Below, one piece after another: positions 38,625-49,208 of a stretch of DNA of 64,000 bases. The position numbers were made by a program, and so were the translations under genes. The notes beneath the pieces are model-generated. The model worked only from the letters and a program-made list of their open reading frames with translations, was not told the DNA's origin and ran no database searches. Every line of letters begins with the position of its first letter. Position 1 is the first letter of the stretch. This DNA comes from Vicinamibacterales bacterium (GTDB taxonomy: Bacteria > Acidobacteriota > Vicinamibacteria > Vicinamibacterales > 2-12-FULL-66-21), in contig JBBQEJ010000003.1 in assembly GCA_038320555.1 (NCBI GenBank), positions 10,587 to 74,586 of the forward strand. Direction: 5' to 3'.

Positions 38625-39592
38625 CGCGTCCGGACCTGTCTCAACGTGTGATGGAGGGAGACGCGCGGGCCGTCGCGCGCGCGATATCCCTGATCGAGGA
38701 CGAAACCCCCTCCGGCGCTGAATTGATCCGGCGCATCTTTCCGAGCACCGGCCGGGCCTATCTCGTTGGCATCACGGGGCCGCCCGGCTCCGGCAAGAGC
38801 ACCCTCGTCGATCGGTTGACATCCGAAATCCGCAAGACATCGAAGACGGTGGGCGTGGTGGCGGTCGATCCGACCAGTCCGTTCAGCGGCGGCGCTCTCC
38901 TGGGCGATCGGGTGCGGATGCAGGCGCACGCCGGCGATGCCGGTGTGTTCATCAGGAGCATGGCCACGCGCGGCCATCTGGGCGGGCTGGCCCGGGCCAC
39001 GTTTGAGGCGGCGCTCGTGCTCGACGCTGCCGGCAAGGACGTCGTGCTTATCGAAACCGTCGGGGTGGGACAGGACGAGATCGATATCGTGCGAACCGCC
39101 GATGTTTCGATCGTCACCCTGGTGCCTGGCTCAGGAGACGAGGTCCAGGCGCTCAAGGCCGGGATCATGGAAATCGCCGACATCTTCGTCGTCAACAAGG
39201 CGGATCGCGAAGGTGCAGACCGTACCGTGGCCTCGATCGAGGCCAACCTGTCCTTACAGACGTTCGCTCCGGGAGAATGGCGGCCACTGATCCTGAAGAC
39301 CGAGGCAATCACGGGACAGGGAGTACCGGAGCTTCTCGCGGCAATCGAGCGCTTTCGGGCGTACTCCGCCGATTCGCAAGGGCGCCGGCGCCGCGCCCGT
39401 GCCGAGTTTCGAGTGCGGGAGCTGCTCGCGCAGCGCTTCGTTCAGCACGTCGAGCAGGAGGTCCTCGCCGACGGTGAGCTCGGGGGGATACTCGATCGCA
39501 TCGCGGCGCGCGAGCTGGATCCGTATGCGGCGGTGGACGAGATTGTGCGGCGAACATTAACGGGTGCTCGCCTAGAGGTGCTTCCGCCTTAG
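38621..39592 (+). CDS. meaB: Acyl-CoA mutase-associated GTPase MeaB/ArgK
   Basis: [42 protein letters not shown]; GTG overlaps the ACAD stop. Confidence 0.94.
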   Translation: MTRPDLSQRVMEGDARAVARAISLIEDETPSGAELIRRIFPSTGRAYLVGITGPPGSGKSTLVDRLTSEIRKTSKTVGVVAVDPTSPFSGGALLGDRVRMQAHAGDAGVFIRSMATRGHLGGLARATFEAALVLDAAGKDVVLIETVGVGQDEIDIVRTADVSIVTLVPGSGDEVQALKAGIMEIADIFVVNKADREGADRTVASIEANLSLQTFAPGEWRPLILKTEAITGQGVPELLAAIERFRAYSADSQGRRRRARAEFRVRELLAQRFVQHVEQEVLADGELGGILDRIAARELDPYAAVDEIVRRTLTGARLEVLPP

Positions 39593-39621
39593 AGGTGCTT
39601 CCGCCTAAAGGCGGAAGCTAC
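39573..39621. repeat. REP palindrome with a tandemly duplicated left half
   Basis: tagaggtgcttccgcct x2, then aaaggcggaagctac. Confidence 0.88.
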
Positions 39622-39627
39622 AAGAGT

Positions 39628-40065
39628 ATGAAAGCAACCCTTGATCACATCGGCATTGCGGTCGCGAATCTGGACGAGGCGCTGGCGTTTTATCGCGACG
39701 CACTGGGCCTGGAAATCGAGTCGCCCGAAGAGGTCGCGTCGCAGAAGGTTCGCGCGCATTTCATTGCGCTCGACAACGCTGCGGAGCGTAACCGGGGGAC
39801 GGGGGCGAGCCTGGAATTGTTGGAGGCAAGTGACCCGAGCTCCCCGATCGCGAAGTATCTGGAGAAGCGTGGCCCGGGCCTTCACCACATCACCCTCCGG
39901 GTGGACGACATCGCGGAGGCGCTTGCGCGGCTCAAGGCGCATGGCGTGCGGCTCATCGATGACGCTCCTCGGCCCGGCGCGCACGGCTCGCTCGTCGCGT
40001 TCATCCATCCATCGAGCGCGCACGGTGTCCTGCTTGAGTTGAAGCAGGCGGCCACTCCGCGCTAG
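39628..40065 (+). CDS. mce: Methylmalonyl-CoA epimerase (VOC family)
   Basis: LDHIGIAV, LELLE, GPGLHHI, FIHP..GVLLEL. Confidence 0.92.
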   Translation: MKATLDHIGIAVANLDEALAFYRDALGLEIESPEEVASQKVRAHFIALDNAAERNRGTGASLELLEASDPSSPIAKYLEKRGPGLHHITLRVDDIAEALARLKAHGVRLIDDAPRPGAHGSLVAFIHPSSAHGVLLELKQAATPR

Positions 40066-40267
40066 CTTGCCCTTCAGGAGCCTTCACCGTCGCGCTGTGG
40101 CGCCCTTCGACTGCGCTCAGGGCTGCCTGCTGGCGGGACCGCGCTACGCGCTCTATCGCCGGCCGGAGGGCGGCGTCCCACCAGCCCATATCTGTCAGCC
40201 GTCGCAAATCAGATGGGGGTGCCGTTTCCGACTCGGCTTGAGCTAGAGTGCGTAACGGATCACGTGC

Positions 40268-41107
40268 ATGCAATTCGGCGATCTTGAACTGCTCTCAATC
40301 AGCGACGGGTTCTTCCGCCTCGACGGCGGCTCAATGTTCGGCGTGGTGCCGAAGCCGCTGTGGGAGAAGCGTGCGCCCGCTGACGAGAAGAACCGGATTA
40401 CGCTCGGTCTGCGCCCGCTGGTCGTTCGCGGTGACGGCCAGACGATGATCATCGACGCGGGGATCGGCGACAAGATGGACCCGAAAAGCATCGCGATCTA
40501 CGGAATCGATCGCTCGCGAGACCTGGATGACGCGCTCGGGGAAGCCGGGCTTGACGCTGTCCGGATCGACCTCGTCCTCGCGTCGCACCTGCACTTCGAT
40601 CATGCCGGCGGCTTCACAACGCGTGATGCGTCCGGCGCGCTGGTGCCCCGCTTTCCGCGGGCTCGATACGTGGTGCGCACTGGCGAGTGGGAGGATGCGA
40701 CGCACCCGCACGAGCGGAACCGGGCCAGCTATCTCCAGGAAAACTTCCTGCCTTTGATGGACGCCGGTGTGGTGGAGCTCCACCCGGGGGACGCGACGAT
40801 CATGCCGGGGGTGCGAGTCGTGCGTACCGGGGGTCACACGATGTATCACCAGATTGTCCTGATCGAGTCGAAAGAGCGGACCGCGGTATTTGCCGCCGAT
40901 CTGATCCCGACAACCGCGCACATCGACGCGCCCTGGATCATGGCGTACGATTTGTACCCGATGGATACGCTCGCATTCAAACGGTCGTTCATTCGCGAGG
41001 CAATTGAGCGCGAATACCTCATCTTCTTCGAGCACGACCCGCTGATTGCGGCCGGCTATATCCGCGAGAAGGACGGCCGGAAGTACGTCGAGCCGGTCGT
41101 CCCGTAG
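40268..41107 (+). CDS. MBL-fold metallo-hydrolase (YtnP-like)
   Basis: LDGGSMFGVVPKPLW, SHLHFDHAGG, GGHT, ADL, EHD. Confidence 0.92.
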   Translation: MQFGDLELLSISDGFFRLDGGSMFGVVPKPLWEKRAPADEKNRITLGLRPLVVRGDGQTMIIDAGIGDKMDPKSIAIYGIDRSRDLDDALGEAGLDAVRIDLVLASHLHFDHAGGFTTRDASGALVPRFPRARYVVRTGEWEDATHPHERNRASYLQENFLPLMDAGVVELHPGDATIMPGVRVVRTGGHTMYHQIVLIESKERTAVFAADLIPTTAHIDAPWIMAYDLYPMDTLAFKRSFIREAIEREYLIFFEHDPLIAAGYIREKDGRKYVEPVVP

Positions 41108-41168
41108 CTTCCGCCTTGAGCTCGTAGCTTCCGCCTTCAGGCGGAAGCACCTTTGAGGCGGAAGCACC
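41104..41168. repeat. REP palindrome flanked by duplicated left and right halves
   Basis: gtagcttccgcctt..gtagcttccgccttcaggcggaagcacc..aggcggaagcacc. Confidence 0.88.
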
Positions 41169-41224
41169 CGAAAACGCGGAAGACGTGACGGAAGTACATT
41201 CAAGCGGAGATAGACTCTACACGC

Positions 41225-42115
<891 letters not shown>

Positions 42116-42179
42116 CGCGATTCGCGACTCGCGGTTCGCGATTCGAAATCATCAATCAGCGTTCAGCAATCACAAATTC

Positions 42180-43118
42180 ATGAACATCGTCGTCACCGGT
42201 TCGATCGCCTTCGACTACTTGATGTCGTTCCCCGGGAAATTCACCGAGCATTTCCTGCCGGAGCACATGTCGCGTGTCAGCCTGAGCTTTCTCGTGGACA
42301 CGATGGACAAGCGACGCGGAGGCTGCGCCCCCAATATCGGCTATACCCTCGCCCTGCTCGGCGAACGCCCGCGGCTGATGGCGACCGCGGGGCAGGATTT
42401 CAGCGACTACCGGCGCTGGCTCGAGGCCGCGCACGTCGATACGTCGCTCGTGAAGGAGATCGACGGCAAGTTCACGGCCTCGTTTTTCTGCAGCACCGAC
42501 GTCGACAGCAACCAGATTGCGTCGTTTTATACCGGCGCGATGGCCAACGCCGGCGAGCTGTCGTTCCGCGACGTGCCGGACTGCGGGCTGGCGATCATTT
42601 CGCCCAACGATCCGGGCGCGATGCTGCAGTACGCCGAGGAATGCCGCACGCTCGGGATTCCGTTCATCTGGGATCCAGGCCAGCAATGCGCCCGAATGTC
42701 CGGAGATGAGCTGCGAGACGGGATGGCGGCCGCCACGATCGTGATCTGCAACGACTACGAGTTTGAATTAATCCGTCAGAAGACCGCTCTCGATGAAGAC
42801 GCGATCCTGGCGCAGAGCGGCGCCCTCCTCGTGACCCGCGGAGAGCAGGGTTGCTCCATTATCGAGCGGCGGGGATCGACTGACGTGCCCGCCGTGACGC
42901 CCCACCGCCTCGTGGATCCGACCGGCGTGGGGGATGCCTTCCGCGGGGGACTGCTGAAGGGCATGGCGCGGGGCGCCAGCTACAAGGTGTGCGCACAAAT
43001 AGGCAGTGTGGCGGCGACTTACGCCCTCGAGCACCTGGGAGGTCAGAGTCACTCGTACACGTGGCAGGAGTTCCTCGTCCGGTACGAGACGCATTTCGGC
43101 CACACCGCGGGTCTCTGA
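42180..43118 (+). CDS. PfkB-family carbohydrate/nucleoside kinase (adenosine kinase-like)
   Basis: GSIAFD, GGCAPNI, DPGQQ, NDYE, DPTGVGDAFRGG. Confidence 0.92.
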   Translation: MNIVVTGSIAFDYLMSFPGKFTEHFLPEHMSRVSLSFLVDTMDKRRGGCAPNIGYTLALLGERPRLMATAGQDFSDYRRWLEAAHVDTSLVKEIDGKFTASFFCSTDVDSNQIASFYTGAMANAGELSFRDVPDCGLAIISPNDPGAMLQYAEECRTLGIPFIWDPGQQCARMSGDELRDGMAAATIVICNDYEFELIRQKTALDEDAILAQSGALLVTRGEQGCSIIERRGSTDVPAVTPHRLVDPTGVGDAFRGGLLKGMARGASYKVCAQIGSVAATYALEHLGGQSHSYTWQEFLVRYETHFGHTAGL

Positions 43119-43262
43119 CGTCTGTTCCAGAATGGCGGATCGCCGCGCACACTCTGTCGCGATTGCGTCGGCGTCACCTGTCGTTTGGTTCGAACTTACG
43201 TAGCTCTCCAATCATCGGAAGTCGCTTTTGCTATTTTGTCAGTAATTCGGTAAGGTCGCGCT

Positions 43263-43278
43263 CGGAACGCGCTTTGCA
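43263..43278 (+). promoter_or_regulatory. Putative sigma-54 promoter of the VWA gene
   Basis: CGGAACGCGCTTTGCA (GG-N10-GC), preceded by an AT-rich tract. Confidence 0.45.
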
Positions 43279-43304
43279 GAGCCGCGCGGGTGAGGAGGAG
43301 AGTT

Positions 43305-44291
43305 GTGAAACGCCCCGCCGTCGGATGGGCAGTCCTCGTTGGTGTAATCCTGGCGGCGTCAGCCAGCGCCCAGACCCCGGCGCCTGCCGCGCCGGAGCAA
43401 GGGACGGTCTTCCGAAGCGGAGCAAGCCTCGTCGCCCTCAACGTCACGGTCAGCGACGGAAAACGCCTCGTGCCGGGTCTTACCCTCGACGATTTCTCCA
43501 TCTACGAGGACGGTGTGCTGCAGCGCGTTCAGTTCTTCGAATCGCAGCAGGTTCCGATCGATCTCATTCTTCTCATCGATACCAGCGCGAGCATGTCGGA
43601 CAAGATGGACGTGGTCCACGACGCGGCCGTTGGTTTTCTGAAGACGCTGCGCGACGCGGACCGCGGAGCGGTGGTGACCTTCGGCGACAACGTCAACATC
43701 GCCCGGACGCTCACGTCGGATCGCGCCCTGCTCGAGGAGGCGGTGCGCCAGGCGCAGCCCCACGGCTCCACGGCGCTCAACAACGCGCTGTATGTCGCGA
43801 TGAAGCAGTTCGCGCGTTCCGCGCAGCAGACCGGCGAGGTTCGGCGGCAGGCGATTGCGGTGCTGTCGGACGGTGAGGACACGTCCAGCGTCATCGGGTT
43901 TGACGACGTGCTCCTGATGGCCCGTAAGAGCGGCATCAACATCTACACGATCTGTCTCCAGAATCGGTATTCGATCGCCCGCGCCGAGAGCGGTCACAAG
44001 TATTTTTCGGAATCCGACTACGCGATGAAGACGCTCGCTCAGGAGACGGGCGCGCAGTCGTATTTCCCGCAGTCGGTGCAGGAATTGAAGGGCATCTACG
44101 CCGGGATCTCCGACGAGTTGTCCAAGCAGTATTCGATCGGCTATGCGCCGATCAACTGGCACCCCGATGGCCGGTTCCGCCGAATCATTGTCAGGGTGAA
44201 CGCCCACCCGGAATTCAAGTCGCGTGCGCGTCTGGGCTACACGGCCGACGGCGTCCGCTCCACGCAGTCGCTTCAGATCCCGGAACGTTGA
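43305..44291 (+). CDS. Secreted VWA-domain protein (acidobacterial VWFA-related family)
   Basis: GAGGAG RBS, GTG; FRSGASLVALNVTV, DTSASM (MIDAS), LSDGED, QYSIGY. Confidence 0.9.
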   Translation: MKRPAVGWAVLVGVILAASASAQTPAPAAPEQGTVFRSGASLVALNVTVSDGKRLVPGLTLDDFSIYEDGVLQRVQFFESQQVPIDLILLIDTSASMSDKMDVVHDAAVGFLKTLRDADRGAVVTFGDNVNIARTLTSDRALLEEAVRQAQPHGSTALNNALYVAMKQFARSAQQTGEVRRQAIAVLSDGEDTSSVIGFDDVLLMARKSGINIYTICLQNRYSIARAESGHKYFSESDYAMKTLAQETGAQSYFPQSVQELKGIYAGISDELSKQYSIGYAPINWHPDGRFRRIIVRVNAHPEFKSRARLGYTADGVRSTQSLQIPER

Positions 44292-44364
44292 ACGGCGGCA
44301 CGCCGAAGATCCCTCGGCCGCCACGACTGCGCCCCGATCGTCGCTGCCAATGTACAATGTATCC

Positions 44365-44856
44365 GTGGGACGAGCGCTCGCGGCGGTACTCACGATTGGC
44401 GCGCTCGCCTGGAGTGCGACCCTCTTCGTTGCCCCGTTCGCGCTGACCAGCAGCCACCCTCGACTCGTGACTGCCGCGGCGGCCGTGTACAGCGGCGCGG
44501 GACTCATCTGCCACCAGCGAGCGGAGCGGTCGTTCCACCTGGCGGGCGTGCAGCAACCGGTGTGTGCGCGATGTGCCGGTCTGTATGTGTCGGGAGCGGC
44601 GGGCGCGTTCGTGGCAGCCTTGTGGCGCCGCCCGCGTGTGCCGCGTCGAACCCGGAGTGTGCTCGCTCTGACAGCGGTCCCGACCGCGTTGACCGTCGCC
44701 CTCGAATTCGCCGGACTTGTGCATCCCTCCAACACCGCCCGCGCCCTTTGTGCCCTGCCGCTCGGCGGCGCAGGCGCCTGGGTGTTCATTCAGTCGCTGC
44801 GCGCGGAAGCGGCCGAGGCGCGGCGTTTCGAGGAGGTCAGAGGGGATGCGTTATGA
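44365..44856 (+). CDS. DUF2085-type membrane protein
   Basis: ICHQRAERSF..PVCARCAGLY; start is either ATG 44350 or GTG 44365. Confidence 0.85.
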   Translation: MGRALAAVLTIGALAWSATLFVAPFALTSSHPRLVTAAAAVYSGAGLICHQRAERSFHLAGVQQPVCARCAGLYVSGAAGAFVAALWRRPRVPRRTRSVLALTAVPTALTVALEFAGLVHPSNTARALCALPLGGAGAWVFIQSLRAEAAEARRFEEVRGDAL

Positions 44857-44868
44857 TGCGATAGGAAT

Positions 44869-45279
44869 ATGACGACGAAATCGACGGCTGCCGAGCGTCC
44901 GCGGGCCGCCGCGGAGCCCGGAATGCTCGTGCTGTTATGCCTGGCCGCCTGGGTGATCCCCGGCGCTGGTCATCTGTGGATGGGGCGCCGGCAGAAAGGT
45001 CTCGTTTTTCTCGTGGCGCTCCCGGCGATGTTCCTCGTCGGTCTGCTCCTTCACGGGCGGATTTTTCCTTTCGACCTCTCCGAGCCGCTCGTCGCCCTCG
45101 CCGCGACGGCCAACGTGTGCGCGGGAGCGCCGTGGATGATCGCGCGAATGCTCGATGCGGGCGGCGGCACCGTGACGGCCGTGACATACGAGTACGGCAA
45201 CTGCTTTCTTATCGTTGCGGGTCTCCTGAACTTCCTCGTAATTCTCGACGCCTTTGATATCGGGATGGGACGCAAATGA
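44869..45279 (+). CDS. DUF6677-like membrane protein
   Basis: LAAWVIPGAGH..YEYG..AGLLNFLVILDA. Confidence 0.8.
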   Translation: MTTKSTAAERPRAAAEPGMLVLLCLAAWVIPGAGHLWMGRRQKGLVFLVALPAMFLVGLLLHGRIFPFDLSEPLVALAATANVCAGAPWMIARMLDAGGGTVTAVTYEYGNCFLIVAGLLNFLVILDAFDIGMGRK

Positions 45280-45449
45280 CGAGCCACTTCTTCCTGCTCG
45301 TCCTGTTTTCGTTCTTCGTGTCGCTCGTGTTCGCCGTACTCCTTCGCGACGATCCGCGTCAGCAGATCCGGACAGGCGGGATGATGTTCGGCGGCTTTAT
45401 CGTCACCGCCCTCGTGCTCGGCTGGCTGATGTATCCCTTCCCTCTGTGA
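45276..45449 (+). CDS. Small 57-aa two-TM membrane protein
   Basis: ATGA overlap with the upstream stop; MTSHFFLLVLFSFFVSLVFAVLLRDDPRQQIRTGGMMFGGFIVTALVLGWLMYPFPL; below the ORF-track cutoff. Confidence 0.8.
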   Translation: MTSHFFLLVLFSFFVSLVFAVLLRDDPRQQIRTGGMMFGGFIVTALVLGWLMYPFPL

Positions 45450-45454
45450 CGCGG

Positions 45455-45901
45455 ATGCGCGCCCGGACTCCACGAACCTTCGGCGGTGCTCACGCCCTGA
45501 GCAAGGTCGAAGGGCAATCGCCGCTGTGGCTCTGGGGTCCGGTCGTGCTCCAGATGGCCATCATCTTCGCGGCGTCGTCTATTCAGAATCTCGGAGAGCT
45601 TCCCGGCGGCATGTCGGACAAGTCCGGCCACTCGATCGGATACGCCCTTCTCGGCGGACTGTTCCTGCGCGCGTTCGCGCGCGGCAGGCTGCGCGACGTC
45701 ACCTGGCGGCGCGCGGCAGCCGCGATCATCGTTGCGACGTTGTATGGCGTGTCGGACGAATTCCACCAGATGTTTGTCCCGGGCCGCACCGCGGATCGCT
45801 ATGATGTGCTTGCCGATTGCATCGGCGCGACGCTCGGCGTGGCGGCCGGCTGGCTCGCGGGCGCGTTGGGTCGCTGGGGTATACTCGACTCCTCGTCATG
45901 A
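45455..45901 (+). CDS. VanZ-family membrane protein
   Basis: DKSGH..Y..L, YGVSDEFHQMFVPGR..DVLAD..G; start uncertain. Confidence 0.88.
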   Translation: MRARTPRTFGGAHALSKVEGQSPLWLWGPVVLQMAIIFAASSIQNLGELPGGMSDKSGHSIGYALLGGLFLRAFARGRLRDVTWRRAAAAIIVATLYGVSDEFHQMFVPGRTADRYDVLADCIGATLGVAAGWLAGALGRWGILDSSS

Positions 45902-46689
45902 CTCTCGACCCTCTCGAAAACATCCTCGTCGAGCGGGACGGCGGCGTCGCCACCGTCACCATCAACCGTCCGAAAGTCCTCAACGCGCTCAGCACGCAGA
46001 CGCTCGACGAACTGCGCCGCGCAATCCTCGCGCTGAAATACGACGATGGCGTGCGGGTGGTGATCATCACGGGCGCGGGCGACAAGTCGTTCATCGCAGG
46101 GGCGGATATCAACGAGCTCTCGCAACAGACCCCGATCGGCGGGCGCGAGCATGCCCTGCGTGGACAGCATGTGTTCGATCTCATCGAGAATATGGGGAAG
46201 CCCGTGATCGCTGCGATCAACGGGTATGCACTCGGAGGCGGGTGCGAACTCGCCATGGCCTGCACGATTCGAATCGCGGCTGATACGGCGAAGCTCGGTC
46301 AGCCGGAAATCAACCTGGGGATTATCCCCGGGTATGGCGGATCCCAGCGGCTGTCGCGCCTGGTCGGCCGCGGACGTGCGCTGGAGCTGTTGCTGACCGG
46401 GGATCAGATCAGTGCCGCCGAAGCGTACCGTATCGGCCTCGTCAATCGCGTGGTCACCGGGGCGAACTTGATGGGCGAAGCGCGCAAGGCTGCCCAGGCG
46501 CTGGCCGCGAAAGCCCCCATCGCGGTGCGCTACATCATCGACGCCGTCAATAAAGGCCTCCAGATGCCCTTGCCCGATGCGCAGGTCTTCGAAGCCACGC
46601 TGTTCGGGCTCGTCGCGGCGACCGAGGACATGCGCGAGGGGACGAAGGCATTCCTCGAAAAACGCAAGCCGGAGTTCAAGGGGAAGTAG
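45898..46689 (+). CDS. Enoyl-CoA hydratase (crotonase)
   Basis: INRPKVLNAL, FIAGADI, ALGGGCEL, GQPEINLG.IPGYGG. Confidence 0.94.
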   Translation: MTLDPLENILVERDGGVATVTINRPKVLNALSTQTLDELRRAILALKYDDGVRVVIITGAGDKSFIAGADINELSQQTPIGGREHALRGQHVFDLIENMGKPVIAAINGYALGGGCELAMACTIRIAADTAKLGQPEINLGIIPGYGGSQRLSRLVGRGRALELLLTGDQISAAEAYRIGLVNRVVTGANLMGEARKAAQALAAKAPIAVRYIIDAVNKGLQMPLPDAQVFEATLFGLVAATEDMREGTKAFLEKRKPEFKGK

Positions 46690-46692
46690 CCG

Positions 46693-47247
46693 TTGCGCCA
46701 TCAGGATTCCGCGCTCCCTCCGGCGGCGCCGCCCGGAGCTGCCGGGTACCGCTTCGCCGTGATCGTCTCGCGCTTCAACCCATCGATTACCGAAGCGTTG
46801 CGTGAGGCCGCCCGCTCCGCGCTTTCAGACGCGGGAGCCAAACCGGAAGACATCGAGGAGCTGCACGTTCCCGGGGCGTTCGAGCTGCCCCAGGCCGCGC
46901 GGTGCGTTGCGGAAACCGGCCGGTTCGATGCGGTCATCTGCCTTGGTTGCGTGATTCGCGGCGCGACTCCACATTTCGAATACATCTCGTCGGCCGTCGC
47001 GAACGGACTCATGGAAGCGGCGGGGGAGACAGGTGTGCCGATCGCGTTTGGCGTCCTCACTACGGACAACGAGGCGCAGGCGGAAGAGCGCGCGGGCGGC
47101 GGCCGGGACAACAAAGGGTGGGAAGCAGCGGCTGCGGCAATCGAAATGGCGGTGCTCTTTCGAAAGCTCGGGCGCCCGCCGGCGCGCGCGTCCTCGTCGC
47201 GGCCGTTCGGATTTGAGCCCGGCGCGGCCCGCGGCCACGACTCATGA
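46693..47247 (+). CDS. ribH: 6,7-dimethyl-8-ribityllumazine synthase
   Basis: VSRFN, VPGAFELP, LGCVIRGATPHFEYI, FGVLT, NKG. Confidence 0.95.
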   Translation: MRHQDSALPPAAPPGAAGYRFAVIVSRFNPSITEALREAARSALSDAGAKPEDIEELHVPGAFELPQAARCVAETGRFDAVICLGCVIRGATPHFEYISSAVANGLMEAAGETGVPIAFGVLTTDNEAQAEERAGGGRDNKGWEAAAAAIEMAVLFRKLGRPPARASSSRPFGFEPGAARGHDS

Positions 47248-47681
47248 CGAACGCTGATGTCACCGCCCGGCGGCGTGCGCGCGCGGCGGCCTTACAGATG
47301 CTGTACCAGTCGGAGGTTGGCCGCGCCACCGCGCTCGAGGCGATCGAGACGTATTGGCCCGCCCACGACCCTGACGCCGAGGTGCCGGAGCTGCTGCGCG
47401 AGTTCGCAAACGCCCTGGTCCGCGGAACGCTCGACCGAGTCAAGGAGATCGACGCCGTTTTGTCGGCGCACGCGCAGAACTGGCGGGTCGAGCGCATGGC
47501 GGTGATCGATCGCCTGATTCTCCGGCTTGCGGTCTACGAGTTCCTGGCCGAAACGAGCACGCCGCCGCGCGTCATCATCAACGAGGCGCTGGAGCTGGCG
47601 AGATCGTACAGCGGAGAGGAAGCTGTCGCGTTCGTGAACGGCGTCCTGGACGCGGTGCGCAAAGAGTTGAGGCCGGAATAG
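47244..47681 (+). CDS. nusB: Transcription antitermination factor NusB
   Basis: RRRARAAALQMLY, NWRVERM, VIINEALELA, FVNGVLD. Confidence 0.95.
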   Translation: MTNADVTARRRARAAALQMLYQSEVGRATALEAIETYWPAHDPDAEVPELLREFANALVRGTLDRVKEIDAVLSAHAQNWRVERMAVIDRLILRLAVYEFLAETSTPPRVIINEALELARSYSGEEAVAFVNGVLDAVRKELRPE

Positions 47682-47687
47682 GGGATC

Positions 47688-49193
47688 ATGACCGACGAGA
47701 CCCGCGACTCGGATCTGCTGCGCCAACGCCGCGCCAACTTTGACGAGCTGGTCCGGCTCGGCATCGATCCGTACCCGCGCAAGTTCGAGCGGACCGACAC
47801 GATTGCCGATCTCGTAGCGGCGCATGGCGCCAAAAGTAAGGAAGACCTCGAAGCGGGCGCCATTCACACGCGCACCGCGGGGCGTATTCTGGCGATCCGC
47901 AGCTTTGGCAAGGCGAACTTCCTCGTCTTGTCCGACGGGGCCGCAAGAATTCAGGCCTACATCCGGCAGGACTCGCTGCCGGAGAAGGACTTCGCAGCTT
48001 TCAAGCTCCTCGACTTTGGCGACTACGTGGGCGTGGAAGGGAAGCTGTTCCGGACCAAGACCAACGAGCTGACCATCTTTGCCTCGTCGCTGCAGTTCCT
48101 GGCCAAGTGTTTCGAGCCGTTGCCGGAGAAATGGCACGGGCTGAGCGACGTTGAGATTCGCTACCGGCAGCGGTATCTCGACCTGATCGTCAACCCCGAC
48201 TCACGTCGCGTGTTCCAGGTTCGAAGCAAGGTGCTCGCCAGCATTCGTGGATTCCTGAACGCACGCGGGTACCTGGAAGTCGAGACCCCGATGATGCAGC
48301 CCATCGCGGGAGGCGCGCTCGCGCGCCCGTTCGTGACCCATCACAACGCGCTCGACATACAGCTGTTTCTCCGGATCGCTCCGGAGCTCTACCTGAAGCG
48401 GCTCGTCGTCGGCGGCCTGGAACGCGTGTACGAAATCAACCGTAACTTCAGGAATGAAGGGATCTCGACGCAGCACAATCCAGAATTCACGATGCTGGAA
48501 TTCTACCAGGCGTACAGCGACTACCACGAGCTGATGCTGATGACCGAGGAGATGCTGACGGCCTGCGCGCGCGACGCGGTCGGTACCGACCAGGTCACGT
48601 TTGGCGGACATCAGATTTCGCTCACGCCGCCGTACCGTCGCATCTCGCTGCGCGAAGGCGCGCGTACGAAGGCCAGTGAGCGTCTGGGCAGGGCCGTCAG
48701 CGACGCGGATCTCCGACAGCGTGAAACCGCGGCCGCACTTGCCCGCGCGGTGCATCTCGAGGTGCAGCCCTCGTGGGGTCCGGGAAAGATCGCGACGGAG
48801 ATCTTCGAGCGCCTCAACGAGCACGATCTCGTGCAGCCGACGTTCGTGTACGACTTTCCGACCGAGGTCTCGCCGCTGTCCAAGCAGAAGCCTGACGATC
48901 TCGACACGGTCGAGCGCTTCGAGCTCTACATCGGCGGGTTCGAGGTCGCCAATGCCTTCAGCGAGCTCAACGATCCGGCGGAGCAACGGCGGCGTTTCGA
49001 GGCGCAACTCGCCGATCGGGCCGCGGGCGATGCCGAGGCGCACGCCATGGACGAGGACTATATCCGGGCGCTCGAGTACGGCCTGCCCCCGACCGCCGGT
49101 GAAGGGGTCGGGATCGATCGTCTGGTGATGCTCCTGACCAACAGCCCGTCGATTCGCGACGTCATCCTCTTCCCCCTGATGAGACCAAAGTAG
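47688..49193 (+). CDS. lysS: Lysine--tRNA ligase (class II)
   Basis: LPEKWHGL, YRQRYLDL, EVETPMM, FRNEG, HNPEFTMLE, GIDRLVM. Confidence 0.97.
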   Translation: MTDETRDSDLLRQRRANFDELVRLGIDPYPRKFERTDTIADLVAAHGAKSKEDLEAGAIHTRTAGRILAIRSFGKANFLVLSDGAARIQAYIRQDSLPEKDFAAFKLLDFGDYVGVEGKLFRTKTNELTIFASSLQFLAKCFEPLPEKWHGLSDVEIRYRQRYLDLIVNPDSRRVFQVRSKVLASIRGFLNARGYLEVETPMMQPIAGGALARPFVTHHNALDIQLFLRIAPELYLKRLVVGGLERVYEINRNFRNEGISTQHNPEFTMLEFYQAYSDYHELMLMTEEMLTACARDAVGTDQVTFGGHQISLTPPYRRISLREGARTKASERLGRAVSDADLRQRETAAALARAVHLEVQPSWGPGKIATEIFERLNEHDLVQPTFVYDFPTEVSPLSKQKPDDLDTVERFELYIGGFEVANAFSELNDPAEQRRRFEAQLADRAAGDAEAHAMDEDYIRALEYGLPPTAGEGVGIDRLVMLLTNSPSIRDVILFPLMRPK

Positions 49194-49208
49194 TCGAGAC
49201 CGACATAA

